A stretch of DNA of 64,000 nt from Octopus vulgaris (GCA_951406725.2 OX597816.1:170376001-170440000), one strand, 5' to 3'. Positions 1-13,668 are shown, counted from the stretch's first letter. Numbers and translations: made by a program. Notes: generated by a model from the sequence alone, not told the origin.

Positions 1-342
1 GTGCACCGCCTTTAGTCGAGCAAATCGACCCCGGGACTTATTCTTTGTAAGCCCAGTACTTATTCTATCGGTCTCTTTTTGCCGAACCGCTAAGTAACGG
101 GGACGTAAACACACCAGCATCGGTTGTCAAGCAATGCTAGGGGGGTCAAACACAGACACACAAACATATACATATATACGACAGGCTTCTTTCAGTTTCC
201 GTCTACCGAATCCACCCACAAGGCATTGGTCGGCCCGGGGCTATAGCAGAAGACACTTGCCCAAGATGCCACGCAGTGGGACTGAACCCGGAACCATGTG
301 GTTGGTTAGCAAGCTACTTACCACACAGCCACTCCAGCGCCT
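1..342 (-). mobile_element. tRNA-derived SINE, family 1 (CORE-like), cut by window edge
   Basis: Minus strand starts GGCGCTGGAGTGGCTGTGTGGTAAG (A-box-like), then GGTTCAGTCCC (B-box-like), then CTTGGGCAAGT. Near-identical to copies at 15597-16000 and 53186-53703. Confidence 0.85.
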
Positions 343-480
343 ATATATATATGTCTATATATATATATGGGCTTACTCACTAGACTGCTTATATCCGTAC
401 CCTTTATATTGTTGTTATCGTTGTTGTCCTTAGTGGTACTTTGACTCTCTACTCACCTATGTTTTCGCTCCTTTTGCTGC

Positions 481-512
<32 letters not shown>

Positions 513-1077
513 TTCTTGATCCTTGCTTTTGATATTGTTCTTGTGTCTTTCTGTGTTTGTATGTTTGATGGCATTGTTATAGTGGTTATTGCTGTTGTTG
601 TTGCCGTTGTTGGTGTTGTTCATGCTGTTGTAGTTTCTGAAGTTGATGTGTGTTTGTTTGTATGTCTACATAGGTTTGCTTACTATGGTTTTGGTACCCG
701 CGCCCTTTATATAGTATAATTTTTTGTTTCATATATTTTTCATAAGTATGTGCATATTTGTCTCTTGTGTATGTATTACATTGTTTGTACCTGTGTTCTT
801 TCTCCTATGTGTCGTGTGTAGTCCTCGTGTTGTTTTGTGTAGGAGAGCGAACAGGCGACCACTGGTGAGGGCTCAAAGAGAAAAAAAGGCTCGTCAGTGC
901 TCTACCAGCATGCTCAAGCAGAACATAGAGGCTCGGTTAATAACATAGAGGTTAAGGTGTTATTAACGCATTGAACTAAAACTACACTTAGATTACAGAG
1001 ACCAGACATGTAATAAGAGAGACCGAGCTTCAAAAGAAAACACGAATGGAACAATAACACCCCCACCATCACCACAT

Positions 1078-1127
<50 letters not shown>

Positions 1128-1416
1128 CACACTGATAATCACACATATGCACACAAACGCACACACACACACCAAACACACATATACAGACATAGGCGCA
1201 TGCACAGATAAGGATGCACATCAACGACGGACAAAATGGACTAAGTGGAGCAAGAGTATACACGAGGAAGGTGAGTGTCACTGAAGAGGTCACAGATGTG
1301 TGACGAGAGATTTCCGAACAATGGAAACGAATTGAAATACGAATTATAATAAACGAGTGAAGAACGAATATATAGTGCGTGTGTCTAGTTGGCAAAAAAA
1401 AGAAAAGAAATACAAC

Positions 1417-1612
1417 AAGGCGGCGAGATGGCAGAAATATTAGCACACCAGATGAAATGCTTAGCGGTATTTCGTCTGTCTTTACGTTTTGAGTTCAAAT
1501 TCCGCCGAGGTCGACTTGGCCTTCCATCCTTTTCGGCGGGTCGATCTAATCGACTGGCTCCAAAAATGTCGGCCCTTGTGCCAAGAGTACAAAAGAATAT
1601 CTGTTTGAAAAC
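1417..1612 (+). mobile_element. SINE, family 2
   Basis: GGCGGCGAGATGGCAGAA...GAGTTCAAATTCCGCCGAGGTCGAC. The same family recurs at ~4830-5050(-), 10307-10390(+), 16432-16660(+), 24222-24792(-), 24916-25130(-), 30465-30660(+), 58170-58385(-). Confidence 0.75.
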
Positions 1613-1654
1613 ATAACTTCACATCTGGAATATTACAACACAAATTCATAAACG

Positions 1655-1691
<37 letters not shown>

Positions 1692-1784
1692 CGAGAGAGA
1701 GAGATGCAAATATACATATGTTGATACATACACACGTACACATATATACTCACATGCACATATACGCAGACAAACACACATGTA

Positions 1785-1840
<56 letters not shown>

Positions 1841-1846
<6 letters not shown>

Positions 1847-2050
1847 CCGGAGTAAACACATAACTGTGAAACAAGGTGGAAAGAAAGTACTCAAATACCA
1901 GGGGTAGAGTAATATGTTTTATTTAAAAGCAACAGAAATTCAACAAAACCTGTTACTCGGAGTTTTAACAAAACTGTCCGACGAACGGGAACGTGAAACT
2001 CCGACTAACAGGTTTTGTTGAATTTGTGGTGGTTTTAAATAAAGTATATA
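1841..2050. mobile_element. Penelope-like pseudo-LTR remnant with short inverted duplication and hammerhead-like motif
   Basis: ~1912-1966 is the reverse complement of ~1996-2050. Motif CTGT CCGACGA ACG GGAA CGT GAAAC at 1974-1999. Homologous copy at ~10708-10855. Confidence 0.55.
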
Positions 2051-2298
2051 TATCATATACATATGTATATATAACATACCAACTTAAAGACAGAAGAGGG
2101 AACATACAAGAATTTCTTATTAATCACAATTCTTTCTACACATCTAGCATAGATTCCTCATGTGTTGGACACACATGGATTAATAACTACAACTCGTTAA
2201 AATAACTGCTCCACAATGTAACTTAGCGTTTTGTAGAAAGTCAGAAGTCTTGTCCCATGTTTTGTTTTTTGAGGTTCAAGACTTTTCATACACACCAC

Positions 2299-2344
<46 letters not shown>

Positions 2345-2384
2345 CCAATTATATAAATATTTCAAGACTTTTCATACACACCTC

Positions 2385-2493
<109 letters not shown>

Positions 2494-2592
2494 AATTAAT
2501 AAATATTTTAATATAAATATTTTAATCTTCGGATTCTTTTTTAATATGCTAGACCACTGGTCTTAATTGATAAATATCAATTTCTACCCTTA

Positions 2593-2652
<60 letters not shown>

Positions 2653-2957
2653 TACATATATAAGCATATATCAATATACATACATACATACATACATACA
2701 TAGATACATACATTTATATTTACACATGCAAGTGGTAGTCTGTCGATGAGGCAGTTAGGTATCAACACTTACCAGGAATTTTCAGCAGAAGAGGGGACAA
2801 GAATTCGCACTTTGACTAGGAGACGACCTGTCGGTGGGTGGACAGGGCATTGGAATTAATGGGTTACTCTATTCGTTTTGCCTGATTATGCATCGAGTTC
2901 AAATTTTGTCTTTTGCTTCTTCGAGTTGAATGAAATTAAAGTATCACTCAATATTGG

Positions 2958-3550
2958 TGCATTAATCAACTAGAATACTAATAGTAGTTAACTGTAGCAG
3001 AAATAGTTTTATTGAAAATCTTAATTACATCATTTTTCGTTGCTTTGACTTAAAGTAAACCTTGAGGCATTCTTATACGAAATTTTTTATTGTTAGAATC
3101 TTGTATGATGATCAATGCTGGAATACTAAGAGCGGTGAATAGAAACTATCTTACCCTTCAATCATTTTTTTACTGATTCTAGTTGTCTAATGATAACAAT
3201 GTAAACACAATGTTATAACTGTCCATTGTAGAACAATATTCATTTCTAATTAGAGGGTAATTGAAGAACAGACAAAATAATGTTCTCGCTGAGGGTTAAA
3301 TAACTTAAACAGCCTTTTAATATATATATATTACAGAGTGAGATTTCACTTCCTTTGTTTATTTCCTTCTCTCTCCTTTATCTACTTTCTTCCTCGAGAA
3401 TAAATCAGTTGTGTTCGAATCTTCAGTGTGAGGAGTTCAAGCCAATGAAAATAGAAATAATACATAAACTCATAATGATTATAACATTACTGTCATCGTA
3501 CTAGTATCTTAATATTATCATAACTTTACAGAAACATAAACTAACTACTA
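2958..3550 (+). repeat. Left arm of ~600 bp inverted repeat
   Basis: Reverse complement of 9675-10306, read base by base. Confidence 0.95.
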
Positions 3551-3815
3551 AACTAAATTCTTCTCGTCAAATCTTTTCGTCTTACGCCTAAATAGGAAAC
3601 CACTGTCGCCATTCTTACTGAATTATGAAAATTCTTGAATGACCGCTCTTGCTTTAATTTCTCTGTGATTTATTCAACCGTGTGAGGAAGTGGCGAAAAC
3701 TTTGCTCTAAAATCTCTTGTGAAATCAAGAACACATGATATATTAATTTTAGCACCTGTAAATACTTCAATTATTGCTTCATATATCTGAAATATATAAA
3801 AGCATGAAAGCCGGT

Positions 3816-4157
3816 GAAGGCATACGGCTCATGGTTAGAGTGCCAGGCTCACAAATATGAAGTAGTGAGTTCGATTCATGGACCGGACTGTGTGTTTTGT
3901 TCTTCAGCAAGACATTTTATTTCACGTTGCTGCAGTTCACTCATCTGTAGAAATGAGTTGCAAAGTTATTGGTGCCATGCTGTATAGGCCTTTCCCTTTC
4001 CCTTGGATAACATCGCTGGCGTTGCGTGGCGAGGGGCGGCTGGTATGCATGCGCGACTGCAGGTCTTCCATAAACAACCTTGACTGGACTTGTACCTCGT
4101 AGGGTAACTCTCTAGGTGCAATCCTACGGTCGATAAAGAAGGGGGTCTTTACGCTTT
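3816..4157 (+). mobile_element. tRNA-derived SINE (family 3) with 12 bp TSD
   Basis: Head GGCTCATGGTTAGAG...GAGTTCGATTC. ATGAAAGCCGGT is duplicated at 3804-3815 and 4158-4169. Confidence 0.8.
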
Positions 4158-5225
4158 ATGAAAGCCGGTAATTGTTAATGCTGTTGTAGTGTTTGCTCCC
4201 TTTTTTATTCGACAAATCCATTATGTCGAAAATTAACTATTTTATCTCGCTGATATTTGGAAATACCTTAATAAACATTGATGAATTGTCTGAATATACC
4301 ACCTGTTCTTATCACTTATTCAACATTTATAAAGGCTGCTGTATAAACATTTAGCTAGGAGGATGCCAGGACACATTTATATTTGTCTAAATATGTATCT
4401 ACATTGTGAAGGATTTTCAAAAGAGTACTAAATAATTTGTTTCGGCATTATTTGCGAGTAAGACTTAAAATCATTTTCTAGTTCAATATACTAATGTTTT
4501 AGAATGACATATGCCGTCAAGATTGTAGATAGAAAGGCGGTTGCAATAATATGGAGGGTAGTCTGGCGTATTTAGACTGCTATTTACTTTCTGCTTCCTA
4601 TGAACACAGGAAACTTCTTAGTGTAACTGTTGATCAACTTAACACTATTTCTACAAAATACTTTATTTGAACATTTTACAGTGATTTGAACATTTAAAGA
4701 TGTAAAGAAATCTTGACTTTGTTGGAACGAACTTTTAGACTATAGTGGCGATTATACTAAATGACATTTCGTTTCCGACCATTGCCTGCATAAGGTATTT
4801 TATTTGTCAGGGTACTTTAATGTTATCATTGCAATAATCTTTTCTGCAAGTGGCATATGGCCTGAAATTCGGGGTAAGGGGGCTAGTCGATTACATCGAC
4901 CCCAACACTTGACTGGTACTTGTTTTATCTACTCAATAAGAATGAAAGGTAAAGTCAACATCTGCGGAATTTAAAGTGAGAATATAAAGACGCACAGAAT
5001 ACCGCTAACCAGTTTCTCCAGCGTGCAAACGAGTCTGAGATCTGGCTACCGTACACATTAATATTATAATAAGCCGTACCGGAAAATGATTATTTTTAGA
5101 GGTTAACCTGGCTTTGTATCTATACATTTTGTTGTATCTAGAGAAGGCGGTTATGTCTGCAGCTAATTATTTTCGGATTATTGGCCAAGATTGGAACTTA
5201 TATAAGGTATATTATATTTCACCTT

Positions 5226-5417
5226 TGTCGAGTGGTACCTACGCGAGCGGAAAAGACCACCCGGAAGACCACCACGACGGTGGAGTTACGATTACAGGAG
5301 GACGATTGGGATCACGTGGATGAGAAAGGCGCAATCCAGAGAGGAGTGGACAGCGTACTGTGACCAGCGGTGTCAAATGGACGCCTGACGGACTGGTCGG
5401 TCAAGGTGATCAAGGTG
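5226..5417 (+). mobile_element. 5'-truncated RTE-clade LINE 3' end with TSD
   Basis: Encodes ERKRPPGRPPRRW (RTE C-terminal R.RGRP..RW motif). Tail TCAAGGTGA is repeated twice. ATATTTCACCTT at 5214-5225 and 5418-5429. Confidence 0.8.
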
Positions 5418-6267
5418 ATATTTCACCTTATGGTTACGTTTAATATAGTGAGCAATAATATTCACCAGTAATAATATCTAGGGTTATATCTAAAATGTAA
5501 ATTATATTTTTATTTGTTTCTATTGTGATCATTACCATTAACTGTCTAACAATGTTTATATATTTTTCCAAACACTATCCATTGTGAGCTATTTTATAGC
5601 ATAATTTATAGCCTGTATAGCGAATTATCTTCTGAAATAAGTTAACGATGTATAATTCGCTCGGGTCTCAAGCTTCAGTCCAATCGTATGACGTTATTAA
5701 ACAACTTCTAGTCGAAACGAATTATCGTCAATTTTTCAAGGATCGCCCAGCATACAGAATAATATTAATGTTCTTGATTTAATTAGAATGTCGTGGGAAA
5801 GAATCACAAGATGGGTTCTTGAAGTCATGCCAATCAGCAGGAGACCAAGAGATAGAGTAAGAAATGCGATCGTTAGATTATATCCATAATTTCATTTGGT
5901 CATGCTTGGGCGTCCAGCCGGAAATCTAATGCCGGTTTCTTCTGATTGGACCCAACGGAGGATGTACATGGGGAGACTACCCACACAATACCACTTTCAG
6001 AAGACAGGGCAGAGAAAATATATGGTTGGATAATCACTAATTAAAATAAAAATTGAATTATTAATCTATTTTTAAAGAAAGGAATTTTAGCTACAGACAG
6101 GTGTAATTCTGTTATATGGAACTCTTTATTATCTATTTTACTGAACTAATTCGTAGTTGATAATCTAGCATTCCATAACGGCAACCTAGTATCCTGTTGG
6201 ATATTAACAGTCATGTAACTTAAGATATATATTCACGCCATTAATAGTTAATTAGTTTGCGCGGAAA

Positions 6268-7570
6268 TTGGCAACTAAGTTCCCACGATTTTTTTACATT
6301 TCGGAATTTATTGCGTTTTTGAATTTTGGAATCTATCGTGTTCGAGAATTCTATTTTTGAATCATTTTGGAATCTATTTTGTTTGTGTTTTTTTTTTTTA
6401 GTTATTTTTAGCTAAATTTTGTTTATATTCAGATCATTAAAATGGTATGTCAAGTTAAGAAAAACGAGCATTTTGCGACACCTCCTTCATTTTGATTTTT
6501 AATCAAGGTTCTAAGGCCAAAGAGCTGCTCGCGACACTTGTACTGTGTATGGAGAGAGGGCCATAGCTAAAAGAACCGCTTGTGATTAGTATGCCAAGTT
6601 CAAAAATGGAAATTTTGACCTCAAAAACGCACCTCGTTCTGGCCGTCCAGTTGAGTTCAATGAAGATCGATTAAACCAACCTTTGCACGAAAATTCTCGT
6701 CAAATGACAAGGGAAATGGCAGGGAAAATGGATTGCTCCCACACTGCTATAGAGAAGCATCTTCACTCTATGAGAAAGGTTCAGAAGTATGGAACAGGGT
6801 TTCTGCATGCTTTAAGTGGCAACAACAAAAATGAACGAGCTAAAATTTCCGCTGATTTCCTTACTCGTCACCGCTCAACTCATGGACACAAGCAACGATT
6901 TCTTTACCGAATCGTTACTGGCGACGAAAAATGGTGCTTGTACATCAATATGAATCAGCGTAAGGAATGACTTAGCACCAGTAAACAAGCGACACCGCGA
7001 GTGGAACAAGATCTTCATCCGCGTAAAACGATGTTGTGCGTATGGTGGGACTGGGAAGGGGTTATCCATTACGAATTACTTGAACGGAAGCAAACGGTCA
7101 GCGCAGAACTCTAGGTTCAACATATGGAACGACTCAACACGGCTATTCAAGAGAAAAGACCTAATCGGCAGCATTGAGTTCTTCTGCTGCACGACAATTC
7201 ATGCCCTCATATCGCCAATATGACCAAGAAAGCCATTCAAAACCATGGCTGGGAAGTGCTGCCACACCCGCCGTACTCTTCTGATTTGGCACCAACGGAT
7301 TTCCACCTCTTTCGATCTCTTTCAAATACCTATGCGCGGAGTTTCGTTCAATATTGATGCAGAATTGAGAGCTTGGTTGGGTCAATTTTTCGAGTCAAAA
7401 TCGGGCGATTTCTACGAACGAGGTATTGAAAATATTGTTGAACGTTGTGAAGAAGTTGTAAACAACACGGGTGAATACATTATCGATTAATTAGTTGTAA
7501 TTTTTTTATTAAACCTTTTATAAAAAAATAAATTTTAAAAAACTGCGGGAACCTAGTTGTCAACCCAATA
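6268..7570 (+). mobile_element. Mariner (DD34D) DNA transposon, copy 1, inactive
   Basis: TIRs TTGGCAACTAAGTTCCC / GGGAACCTAGTTGTCAACCCAATA followed by TA. Transposase ~6442-7490 has TGDEKW, HDN and YSSDLAPTDFHLF motifs, broken by stops and frameshifts. Confidence 0.93.
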
Positions 7571-8253
7571 TAAAAATCTGTTTTTAAGCTGGTAACTATT
7601 ACTTTTTTCTTTCAAATTACTGATCTGGTAGTCGCAAGGGTTAATTTTTGCCTGTTAAAAAGTAAACTTTTCTTCAGACAAACCCTCCATCAATAACCCG
7701 TAGAAAGTTGAAAAGATTTGTTAGTAAATAAGTAGATTTTCTTCTGTTCAATCTTTACGTAATAAATCTTGAAACGTTTTGGATATTTTCAAACCTACTT
7801 TTCGTTTCATACTGGAAATATCTAATTGAAAGTGTTTCAAATCCTTGTTTGTGTGAAAACACTTTTACGGTATCTGAAAGTGAACTTGCTTTCATTGGTC
7901 GTGTTCGTATACGTTTGTAGAACCAATGCATCTATCATATTCTTACGATGAGGACTTCGGCCGTTTCACTTAGACATTGAATCTCTTCTTTGTGGATTGC
8001 ATCAGAATATTTAACGAAGTTTTCAAATATGCCCGTTTAATTTTCTAACTATTCGCTAATTCGGACGGGATCAATGTTTCATAGATAAAGGAGTAAAATA
8101 GGAATTTAAGAAAATGTGAGTTCATAAACGAAGACATTTCTCGATATATAAGTTGAATTTGCGTAAGTGAAGTTTCCACTGTTGTTACTCTGCGCAAACC
8201 TTGTTGATTATTCATGCAATTGATGAAATTGCTTCTACAGTATTCTTAATTTT

Positions 8254-8570
8254 TTTACTTGTTTCAGTTATTTGACTGCGGCCATGCTGGAGCACCACCT
8301 TTAGTCGAACAAATCGACCCCAGGACTTATTCTTTGTAAGCCTAGTACTTATTCTATCGTCTCTGTTGCCGAAATGCTAAGCTATGGGGACGTAAACACA
8401 CTAACATCGGTTGTCAAACAATGGTAGGTGGACAAATACAGACACACAAATGCATACATACATTAATGTATATACGACGGGTTTCTTTCAGTTTCCGTCT
8501 ACCGAATCCACCCACAAGGCTTTGGTCGGCCCGACGCTATAGTAGAAAACACTTGCCCAAGGTGGCACGC
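8254..8570 (-). mobile_element. SINE family 1, head truncated
   Basis: Matches the 1-342 and 15597-16000 copies (TTTGACTGCGGCCATGCTGGAGCACC...TTTCCGTCTACC). Confidence 0.8.
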
Positions 8571-9674
8571 TGTATAAAGCACAGATATACAGAAATATTA
8601 ACATATAATTGTTAATTGATTACTAACCGAATAAAATGCTGTACAAACGCATATATTTTTGCGAAGAACAGGCATTACATTCAAAATCCTATCATAGTTC
8701 AATATCTTCAGTATCGTAGACAAAATCAGAGGTAGTGAATTCTTACAGACACTTCAATCATCATTTATTAAGTAATTTACAAATACCACCTGGCTAATAT
8801 AGTTTATTTCGAGCATAATCGATTTGCTATAATCAATGCATTTCTCGTTTTGCATAAATGATATTCTAGGTATGAAAATATCTATGCGTAAATAGAATAC
8901 ACCACGTATGTTCTGTGTATAGAAATAGATAATGTTATAAGCATTTACCAACATTATCAGATCCAAGTGATCTGGGATCTTATCAATTTCATATTAATAT
9001 TCTTACCTCTGTATCATGTTGCTTCCGTTCTTCATTTGTTTTGTGTAAGAGTAATGATGTAAGGTGGCTCAGCTTCTGGCAAAAAGAAAAAGGAAAAAGA
9101 AATTCTACATCATCTAAACACTATTATTCGCCAATGTCTGACTATCGATCTATCTATAAATCAAAAAAAACATTTGGGTTTCATCCCGACTCATAAAGCC
9201 GTTAGCCCGGTTTCCAAGTCGTTGTGGCTCATATATTCGTCCCTGTCACCTGTATTTTTTTAATGTCATTTTTGCTGAACCGCTAGGCTATGGGGACGTA
9301 AACACACCAACACCGGTTGTCAAGCAATCGTGGAGAGGACAAACACAGACACAAACACACGCATACAAGCGCGCGCACACGCACATATACGAGGGCGTTT
9401 TTCAGTTTCTGTCCACCAAATCCACTCATAAGTGTTTAACTCTGTCCGAGACTAAAGAGGACACTTGCCAAAGATGCCACGAAGTATGGCTGAAGCTGAA
9501 ACCATGTCTTTGTGAAGCAAGCTTCTTATCACACAAACTCCAAATATGCTCTGTGCCAGCAGAAGCCTTTATCTGAACGGATTTACGTCTATTTTTCTTA
9601 CGCAGTATCCATTAATATGTGGCATTCATTTCCTTCTCTTTAGTTACAAGTACGTAATTTAACATTAGCAGGAC

Positions 9675-10306
9675 TAGTAGTTAGTTTATGTTTCTGTAAA
9701 TTTATGATAACATTAAGATACTAGTAAAGTTATAATCATTAAGACAGTAAAGTTATAATCATTAAGACAGTAGAGTTATAATCATTATAAGTTTATGTAT
9801 TATTTCTATTTTCATTGGCTTGAACTCCTCACACTGAAGATTCGAACACAGCTGATTTCTTCTAGAGGAAGAAAGTAGATGAAGGAGAGAGGAGGAAATA
9901 AACAAAGGAAGTGAAATCTCACTCTGTAATATATATATATATATATAAAGGCTGTTTAAGTTATTTAACCCTCAGCGAGAACATTATTTTGTCTGTTCTT
10001 CAATTACCCTCTAATTAGAAATGAATATTGTTCTACAATAGACAGTTATAACATTGTGTTTACATTGTTATCATTAGACAACTAGAATCAGTAAAAAAAT
10101 GATTGAAGGGTAAGATAGTTTCTATTCACCGCTCTTAGTATTCCAGCATTGATCATCATACAAGATTCTAACAATAAAAAATTTCGTATAAGAATGCCTC
10201 AAGGTTTACTTTAAGTCAAAGCAACGAAAATTGATGTAATTAAGATTTTCAATAAAACTATTTCTGCTACAGTTAACTACTATTAGTATTCTAGTTGATT
10301 AATGCA
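9675..10306 (-). repeat. Right arm of ~600 bp inverted repeat
   Basis: Reverse complement of 2958-3550. Contains a 23 bp unit (AGTAAAGTTATAATCATTAAGAC) in ~3 tandem copies at ~9723-9790 that is single in the left arm. Confidence 0.95.
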
Positions 10307-10394
10307 GCGATCTGGCAGAATCGTTAACACGCGGGGCAAACTGTTTGGTCGCATTTCGTCTGTCTGTACGTTTAAGTCGATTTTGCCTTATATA

Positions 10395-10518
10395 ATTTTA
10401 CAAATTTCATTGCTTTTATTTCAAATTCCATAAAAATTGAAATTCATTTTACTTAAAATTATAGAATATTTCATTGTCAATTTCGAATTATGAACATCCA
10501 GTTTAAGTACTATAAGCA
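10395..10518 (+). repeat. ~123 bp direct repeat, copy 1 (copy 2 at 13801-13924)
   Basis: TTTACAAATTTCATTGCTTTTATTTCAAATTCCATAAAAATT...GTTTAAGTACTATAAGCA at both sites with about 3 mismatches. Confidence 0.9.
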
Positions 10519-10854
10519 ATTGTAATTGAATTGATTTAAGGCTTTCTTTGATTTTAAATAATATGATTTTAATTTCATATAATCGGTTATTGAAGAGACT
10601 TTTAGTTGAAAGAACCAATGAAACAAAACCAACTTCGAATGTGTATCTATCAACTTAATTGTATATTTATACATATAACCTTATTTTTGTTCCATTCTCA
10701 ACCAAATCTGTCCGACAAACGGGAACGAGAAACTCCGAGTAACAGTTTTTGAGATGTTTTTGCAGCTTTATTTATAAAGCACACTATTCTACCTCCGGTA
10801 TTCGAGTACTATTTTTCCGCCTTGTTTCACATTTATGTGCTTAATCTGGTATAA

Positions 10855-10924
<70 letters not shown>

Positions 10925-11123
10925 CCATGTTGATTCGCTAGCTTCTGCACACATTTTTCTTCTCTCCTTGTTTCTTTCCGTGTTTCTTTTCTGTGTATCT
11001 TTCTGTTGAAGAGCGTAGGCTCGAAATGTAAAAGACTTGTTTTATATTCCTGAGCGCCATACTAATACAATTGTTTGTTTATATTCCACCTGCCTTCGAC
11101 TTTTGTTTATTTTCATAAAGCTT

Positions 11124-11184
<61 letters not shown>

Positions 11185-11225
11185 CCACTGGTTTGAAAGT
11201 ATAGTTATAGAAAAAGAAAACATTA

Positions 11226-11253
11226 TACTAAATATACGTTGTTTCTGTTTCAG
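11226..11253 (+). promoter_or_regulatory. Putative branch point, polypyrimidine tract and 3' splice acceptor just upstream of the GPCR start codon
   Basis: TACTAAAT...GTTGTTTCTGTTTCAG ends at 11253, 11 nt before the ATG at 11265. Confidence 0.6.
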
Positions 11254-11264
11254 AATTGTGAAAT

Positions 11265-12380
11265 ATGGAATACCAAAATTACGAAGATTCAGAGGCATAT
11301 TCTAACCTCACCAACCAATATACCTCCGACGGGCCGCTGGATTATGATGACTCTACGAAAGGATCAATCGAAAATCTAATCATCGGATTTCTCCGGAGCT
11401 ACGTGAATCCGTTAATATCTACGGTTGGAATCATTGGAAATTTAATCTCAATTTGGGTGTTTTCCGCGAAAGGTCTACGAAAATTATCATCATCAGTTTA
11501 TGTCCAAGCCGTACTAGTATCTGATACATTTTTCTTGGTTACAATTTTAGCAGTATGGTTGGAATCATTCAACTACATGGCAATGCATGTAAATGGAATT
11601 TGCCAAGGAAATATTTATTTGTCATATGTGAGCAGTTTCTTGTCTGTTTGGTACGTTGTATGTATTACTATTGAAAATTACATTACCATATGTCACCCAC
11701 TGAAATTAAAAACTGTGTGTACTTTTAAGCGCGCTCGAATCACCACGCTAACTTTTGCTTTCGCAGGGCTTGTCATGTTTTCCGTCATCATACCCATAAC
11801 GAAACCACAGAAGCCTTTATATTCTCCTCATAATAGTTCCGACAAGCTCGTCTGTAAAACTATTGTAGAATATACAAATTTAATGAATATTCTTACCTAT
11901 GTTGATACGGTTATTACCATTCTCTTACCCATGATTGCAATTGTTGGCTTAATTTCCATGATTATCGTGGAAACCATTCGCTCAGTGCACAAGAAACAAA
12001 TTCGTTTAGCCAATAAAGAAAATCAGTCCAAAAAACTCTCTGACGTACCACAGGTACGAGTCGCCAAATTGCTTTTTGCTATATCTATTTCATTCCTGCT
12101 ATTGAACTTACCAAGCTACTGTGCACGCTTGGTGTATATTTTTGTGCCTTATGCATTTCCACACGATAGCATAACCAGTTTCACTGTATATCAATGTTTA
12201 CTACACATTAGCTATTCCAGTTTTGCATTGAAATTTTTCATATTGTATATATTCAGTGGAAATTTTCGAAAAGTTTTATTCAAAAAATTGTTTTGTTGTT
12301 TCCCACACTTAAGTACCGATACTCGAGCAACTGAAAGAATAAAGTTAACTACTCCCGCATTCGATATGGTTCATTCGTGA
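11265..12380 (+). CDS. Class A (rhodopsin-like) GPCR, FMRFamide/sex-peptide-receptor-like orphan type, 371 aa, intronless coding region
   Basis: Seven hydrophobic segments; N-terminal NLT sequon; TM1 GIIGN; SSSVY..A..VSD in TM2; Cys at top of TM3 and in ECL2; ENY...CHP at the DRY position; TM5 LLP; TM6 LLNLP; TM7 KFFILY..SGNFRK; C-terminal CC. Confidence 0.93.
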   Translation: MEYQNYEDSEAYSNLTNQYTSDGPLDYDDSTKGSIENLIIGFLRSYVNPLISTVGIIGNLISIWVFSAKGLRKLSSSVYVQAVLVSDTFFLVTILAVWLESFNYMAMHVNGICQGNIYLSYVSSFLSVWYVVCITIENYITICHPLKLKTVCTFKRARITTLTFAFAGLVMFSVIIPITKPQKPLYSPHNSSDKLVCKTIVEYTNLMNILTYVDTVITILLPMIAIVGLISMIIVETIRSVHKKQIRLANKENQSKKLSDVPQVRVAKLLFAISISFLLLNLPSYCARLVYIFVPYAFPHDSITSFTVYQCLLHISYSSFALKFFILYIFSGNFRKVLFKKLFCCFPHLSTDTRATERIKLTTPAFDMVHS

Positions 12381-13596
12381 AAGGAAGCAAACACTAGAAT
12401 TTGCGGAAAAATATTTATCTAAGAATTAATTTAAACAATATCATTACGCGAACTCCATGATTGAATAATCTGCATAAACTATTTCAACAATGATTTTTTT
12501 GTTGTTTTTTTTATTTTTATCATTCTAAGCTTTTTAAAAATCATTCATTGATTTGATGAATAACTTGAAAATCATAAATGTTCCATTGCATCAACATTTA
12601 TTGTTCTGGCATAAATAATTATTTCAAAGAAACATTTTGCTTATTACAAAGTTTATTTAAATAGTTTTCAAACAGAGCTCATGAGTCACTTCCTCTTTGG
12701 ACAAGATAATAAAACTGTTAAAATATGAAAAAGTGGACGATCAAGTCTATTGAAAAGCAATTAGTAAGAAACAAATCACAGCTACATTTCTTAAAAACCA
12801 AAAAGATAAACGGTTTACTATAACACGAACGATTAAAGGTTATAGTTCTCTAAAAAAAACCATTGTTTTAAAAACTTTTTAATTGCATACAATTGTATCC
12901 TAATCTTTGTATATATGGTAGCAGTACATATACGATTACTCTAAGATAATGTTCATAATCCATGATGTTAATGCATTTTGTTTTGTTTCTATACATATTT
13001 TAAATTATGTACTTTTGGGTTTTGATGAAATCTAAAAACTTTTCGCGAACAATAGTAAGTAACACTGAAGTTCATATTATAACAGTTTTCTAATGTACTG
13101 AAAAATGTTTACTGTTTCTCCTATTATAATTTGAAATATAATTCTATTTGCAGTTTTTTTGTGAAAATGGTTAAATTAATTCGATATTGTAACGTAAGTA
13201 GTCGGAATGTGTTCATATTTTGTTAACAATTTTATATTTCAGAATGAAATTGCCAGCGAATATCACAATGTTAAGTTTAAGCTTTTATCATCATTACTCA
13301 GATTACATGCCAATTCCTTCAGTTAGATACAGATCCTTCAAAGTTAACTTAATTGATAAAAAAAATCGGCAAAACTATATTTTGGTCTGAATGCCTATGT
13401 CAGGCTTACTAACATGTGCTGAAAAGCGCTAACCTTCTCAATTCCTTTGCATATGTTTCTCTGATTTGTTACTGCATTCTTAGCTGTTTATTGAAGGTAC
13501 TGGATACAAATGAAATTAGTTAAATAACATCCTTTTACTATAATGCATAACAATTCCATATTTGATCTTCGGGAATATTATCGTTTGTTCAAGCGA

Positions 13597-13668
<72 letters not shown>

